Shown: in pieces, positions 61,298 to 64,000 of the stretch
Numbering within the stretch: the stretch's first letter is position 1
Layout: the number at the start of each line of letters is the position of its first letter
Assembly (NCBI GenBank): GCA_964469955.1
Contig: CAYXZK010000005.1
Location: forward strand, 47,410-111,409
From: an uncultured Candidatus Saccharibacteria bacterium
Lineage (GTDB): Bacteria; Patescibacteriota; Minisyncoccia; Minisyncoccales; GWA2-38-27
Length of the DNA: 64,000 nucleotides
Direction: 5' to 3'
Program-made: the position numbers and the translations under genes
Notes under the pieces: model-generated
What the model was told of the DNA's origin: nothing
The model's database searches: none
What the model saw: only the letters and a program-made list of their open reading frames with translations

Positions 61298-62827
61298 TTA
61301 GCGCGCGTATTCAATTATTCTGTTTTCTCTGATTACAGTCACTTTTATTTCTCCTGGATAGCGCAACTCTCTTTGGATTTTATTAGCAATACCTTTTGCC
61401 ATTTTTTCTGTCGCGAAATCGTTTATTTCATCAGGCTTTACAAACACCCGTATTTCTCTTCCTGCTTGAATGGCGTATGCTTTCTTTACTCCCGAGAAAG
61501 ACATCGCAATATTTTCGAGTTCTTCTAAACGTTTAATGTAATTTTCTAAGGTATCTTTTCTCGCCCCAGGTCTTGCACCAGAAATTTGATCCGCCACTTG
61601 TACTATAATCGCTTCAACTGTTTCATAAGGATATTCCTCATGATGAGATTTCATAGCATCAATTACCGCTTTTTCTACCCCAAACTTTTCCAAAATTCTC
61701 ATACCAATTTTAACATGCGAACCTTCTGTTTGATGATCAAGAGCTTTGCCAATATCGTGTAACAATCCGGCTTTTTTAGCTACTTGAGCGTCAGCATTTA
61801 ATTCAGCGGCAATTGCTTCCGCCAAATAGGAAACTTCTATTGAATGCAATAAAACATTTTGTCCATAACTAGTCCTGAAATGCAATCTTCCCAAAAGTTG
61901 AACTATTTTAGGGTCTAAATTAATTATCCCTGTTTCGTAAACGACTCTTTCGCCTGCTTCTTTTATTTCTGAAACTATTTCTGCTTCAGCTTTTTGAACC
62001 ATTTCTTCAATTCGAGCTGGTTGTATTCTGCCATCTTGAATTAATTTTTCTAAAGCATTTTTCGCAATTTGTCTTCTAACAGGATCAAAGCCAGATATAA
62101 GAACCATTTCAGGCGTTTCGTCAACCATAATTTCAACTCCTGTTAATTTTTCCAATGTCTTAATGTTCCTACCCTCCTTACCAATAATTCTTCCTTTTAT
62201 ATCATCTGAAGGAAGATTTACGCTTGTTGTCGTTATTTCTTGCGCTTGAGAAAGAGCGCATTTTTGGATAGCAAAAGCCAATATCTCTCTTGCTTTTCTT
62301 TCGTATCTCTCAAATCCGTCAACTTTTAGTTTTCTCATTTTCTCTAAAATTTCTACTTCATATTCTTTCTCAATATTATCCAACAATTCCTTCTTAGCTT
62401 CTTCTTTGGGTAGTTTAGAAATTTTTTCCAACCTTTCTAAGGCTTCTTTTTTTAAATCCTCCAGAGATAATTTTATAGCTTTTAATTTGCTAACTTTTTG
62501 TAAAAATTCTTTTTCTTTTTCGTCTAATATTGACGCTTTTTTACCTAAAGAATTTTCCCTTTGTAACAAGATTTTATCCGCGCTAAAAAGTTGTTTTTTC
62601 TGCTCTTCTGTTTCTTTTTTTGCTTTTTCAATAATTTGAGATGCTTCCTTTTCCGCTTTTGCTTTAATTAATTCTATTTCTTTTTTAACTTGAGCAACTT
62701 TTTTCTGCAAAAGAACTTCTATTCCATCTGCTTTTTTTCTGGCAATTGATTGTCTGGCGTAATAACCCAAAAGAGCCCCAGCGATTAAAGCAAACACGCC
62801 TATTAAAAGTAGGATAAGTTGATTCAT
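61298..62827 (-). CDS. rny: Ribonuclease Y
   Basis: N-terminal TM helix, coiled coil, KH and HD domains. Start placed at the ATG giving MNQLILLLIGVF... Confidence 0.9.
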   Translation of the reverse strand: MNQLILLLIGVFALIAGALLGYYARQSIARKKADGIEVLLQKKVAQVKKEIELIKAKAEKEASQIIEKAKKETEEQKKQLFSADKILLQRENSLGKKASILDEKEKEFLQKVSKLKAIKLSLEDLKKEALERLEKISKLPKEEAKKELLDNIEKEYEVEILEKMRKLKVDGFERYERKAREILAFAIQKCALSQAQEITTTSVNLPSDDIKGRIIGKEGRNIKTLEKLTGVEIMVDETPEMVLISGFDPVRRQIAKNALEKLIQDGRIQPARIEEMVQKAEAEIVSEIKEAGERVVYETGIINLDPKIVQLLGRLHFRTSYGQNVLLHSIEVSYLAEAIAAELNADAQVAKKAGLLHDIGKALDHQTEGSHVKIGMRILEKFGVEKAVIDAMKSHHEEYPYETVEAIIVQVADQISGARPGARKDTLENYIKRLEELENIAMSFSGVKKAYAIQAGREIRVFVKPDEINDFATEKMAKGIANKIQRELRYPGEIKVTVIRENRIIEYAR

Positions 62828-63054
62828 ATTTAGTAATAAGAATTTGGTTTTTAAGCAACACTTTAATTTACACAAATTTGAACAAAAATTCGCATAAAAG
62901 TTATTTAAGCATTCTCGCGCTCTGTTCAGTGTTATTTTGTGTTATTTTAAGTAAATCCAACATTCTAAGTTAAAATTTATTAGTACTTTGAATCTCGAAA
63001 TTATATTTCAAGGTTCTAAGTAGTAGTAAAATTATAGCAAAATTATTTAATAAT

Positions 63055-63089
63055 GTCAAAAATAAAATTACAGGGATTATTCCCTGTAA
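63055..63089 (-). terminator. Rho-independent terminator after clpP
   Basis: TTACAGGGA ATAA TCCCTGTAA, followed on the minus strand by TTTTATTTT. Confidence 0.55.
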
Positions 63090-63152
63090 CCTTATTTCTA
63101 AACAATAATATCTCTTAAAAATTCGTTAAAAAAACATATTTGGTAATCTATC

Positions 63153-63746
63153 TTACCCGATTTGATCTTCTTTTTTAATTACTTCGTCAATGATTCCATA
63201 GGTTTTCGCTTCTTCTGAAGATAAATAGAAATCTCTGTCGGTGTCTTTTTCTAGTTTTTCTAAAGAATTACCTGTGTGTTTAGCTAAAATCTTATTTAAC
63301 TTATTCTTTATTTTTATAATTTGCTTAGCGGTAATTTCTACATCAATCGCGGGACCAGTAGCTCCTCCAGCGACTTGATGGAGTAAAATTTCGGCATTTG
63401 GCAAAGCAAATCGTTTACCAGCTTCTCCTGTTGCGAGCAATACTGCTCCCATTGATGCCGCTAAACCGAAGCAAATAGTCGCAATCGGGCATTTCACATA
63501 TTGCATTGTGTCATAAATAGCTAAACCAGCTGTTACTGAACCTCCCGGAGTATTGATATAAAGCTGAATATCTTTTTTAGAATCTTTACTAGCCAAAAAA
63601 AGCATTTGAGCGATAATTGAATTGGCCAAAGTGTCGTTGATTGGGCCTGTTAAAAAAATAATTCTCTCTTTCAAAAGTCTTGAATAAATATCGTAAGCCC
63701 TTTCTCCATATTTTGTTTTCTCTAAAACTGTAGGAACTAAATTCAT
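63153..63746 (-). CDS. clpP: ATP-dependent Clp protease proteolytic subunit
   Basis: 197 aa with the catalytic triad in the GLAASMGA and HQ contexts. Confidence 0.95.
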   Translation of the reverse strand: MNLVPTVLEKTKYGERAYDIYSRLLKERIIFLTGPINDTLANSIIAQMLFLASKDSKKDIQLYINTPGGSVTAGLAIYDTMQYVKCPIATICFGLAASMGAVLLATGEAGKRFALPNAEILLHQVAGGATGPAIDVEITAKQIIKIKNKLNKILAKHTGNSLEKLEKDTDRDFYLSSEEAKTYGIIDEVIKKEDQIG

Positions 63747-63824
63747 ATTTATTTAAGCTAATTCGTATAAAAGCGTAACAAATTCTTAATAGCTTATATC
63801 TTTTGTGTCGCAGTTTATTGTTAA

Positions 63825-64000
63825 TTAGCTAATATTAATAAATTGTTCAAGTAATTGAAAAACTTTTTCATTCCGGATTTTTTCTTTAGCGTATTCTTTA
63901 ATATTTTCAGAATCAAAATCTTTTTCAGCTTTATTGATGTTCGGAATATTTTTTAATAATTTCTGCGTTTCTGCCCCTATTTCTTGGTCTGAAATTTCTA
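63825..64000 (-). CDS. C-terminal fragment of an upstream gene (possibly trigger factor, by tig-clpP synteny)
   Basis: Open frame to the window edge, ending ...EKVFQLLEQFINIS*. Only 58 aa are visible, so identity is not established. Confidence 0.3.
   Translation of the reverse strand, partial: EISDQEIGAETQKLLKNIPNINKAEKDFDSENIKEYAKEKIRNEKVFQLLEQFINIS

Overview
The window is AT-rich (roughly 30% GC by eye), gene-dense, and has many short intergenic spacers and weak Shine-Dalgarno signals. Its gene content resembles a Candidate Phyla Radiation (Patescibacteria, Parcubacteria-like) bacterium. Most genes are housekeeping: the rpmI tail and rplT, NUDIX, PolX, greA, groES/groEL, secG, RNase J, trpS, a phosphohexomutase, rpsF-ssb-rpsR, recA, ftsK, rpoC, rpoB, ftsW, ligA, RNase Y, clpP, and six tRNAs. 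A type IV pilus locus (pilB, pilC, pilM, pilN, pilO, pseudopilins, a PilX-like protein) lies at about 49.6-60.5 kb, preceded by a two-component system. The most unusual locus is a minus-strand operon at about 36.1-41.8 kb. It encodes a BadF/BcrA/HgdC-type ATPase (a 'CoA-enzyme activase'). That ATPase is interrupted by a 416-aa intein carrying a LAGLIDADG homing endonuclease, inserted exactly in the conserved CAAGTG phosphate-binding motif. Two paralogous YjiM/DUF2229-like (HgdB-related) proteins and an EndoQ-like PHP/Zn-ribbon nuclease sit immediately upstream of it. Other points of interest are a candidate structured RNA with its own promoter, closing stem and terminator (about 47.63-47.80 kb, minus strand); a tiny acidic tandem-repeat peptide gene behind a near-consensus sigma70 promoter; an orphan OppA-like binding protein with an inserted peptidoglycan-binding domain; a P-type ATPase with a DKTRT variant of the phosphorylation motif; and a recurring TGATTATTGATTA-like motif just upstream of several start codons. 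No CRISPR array, rRNA, or transposase was seen.
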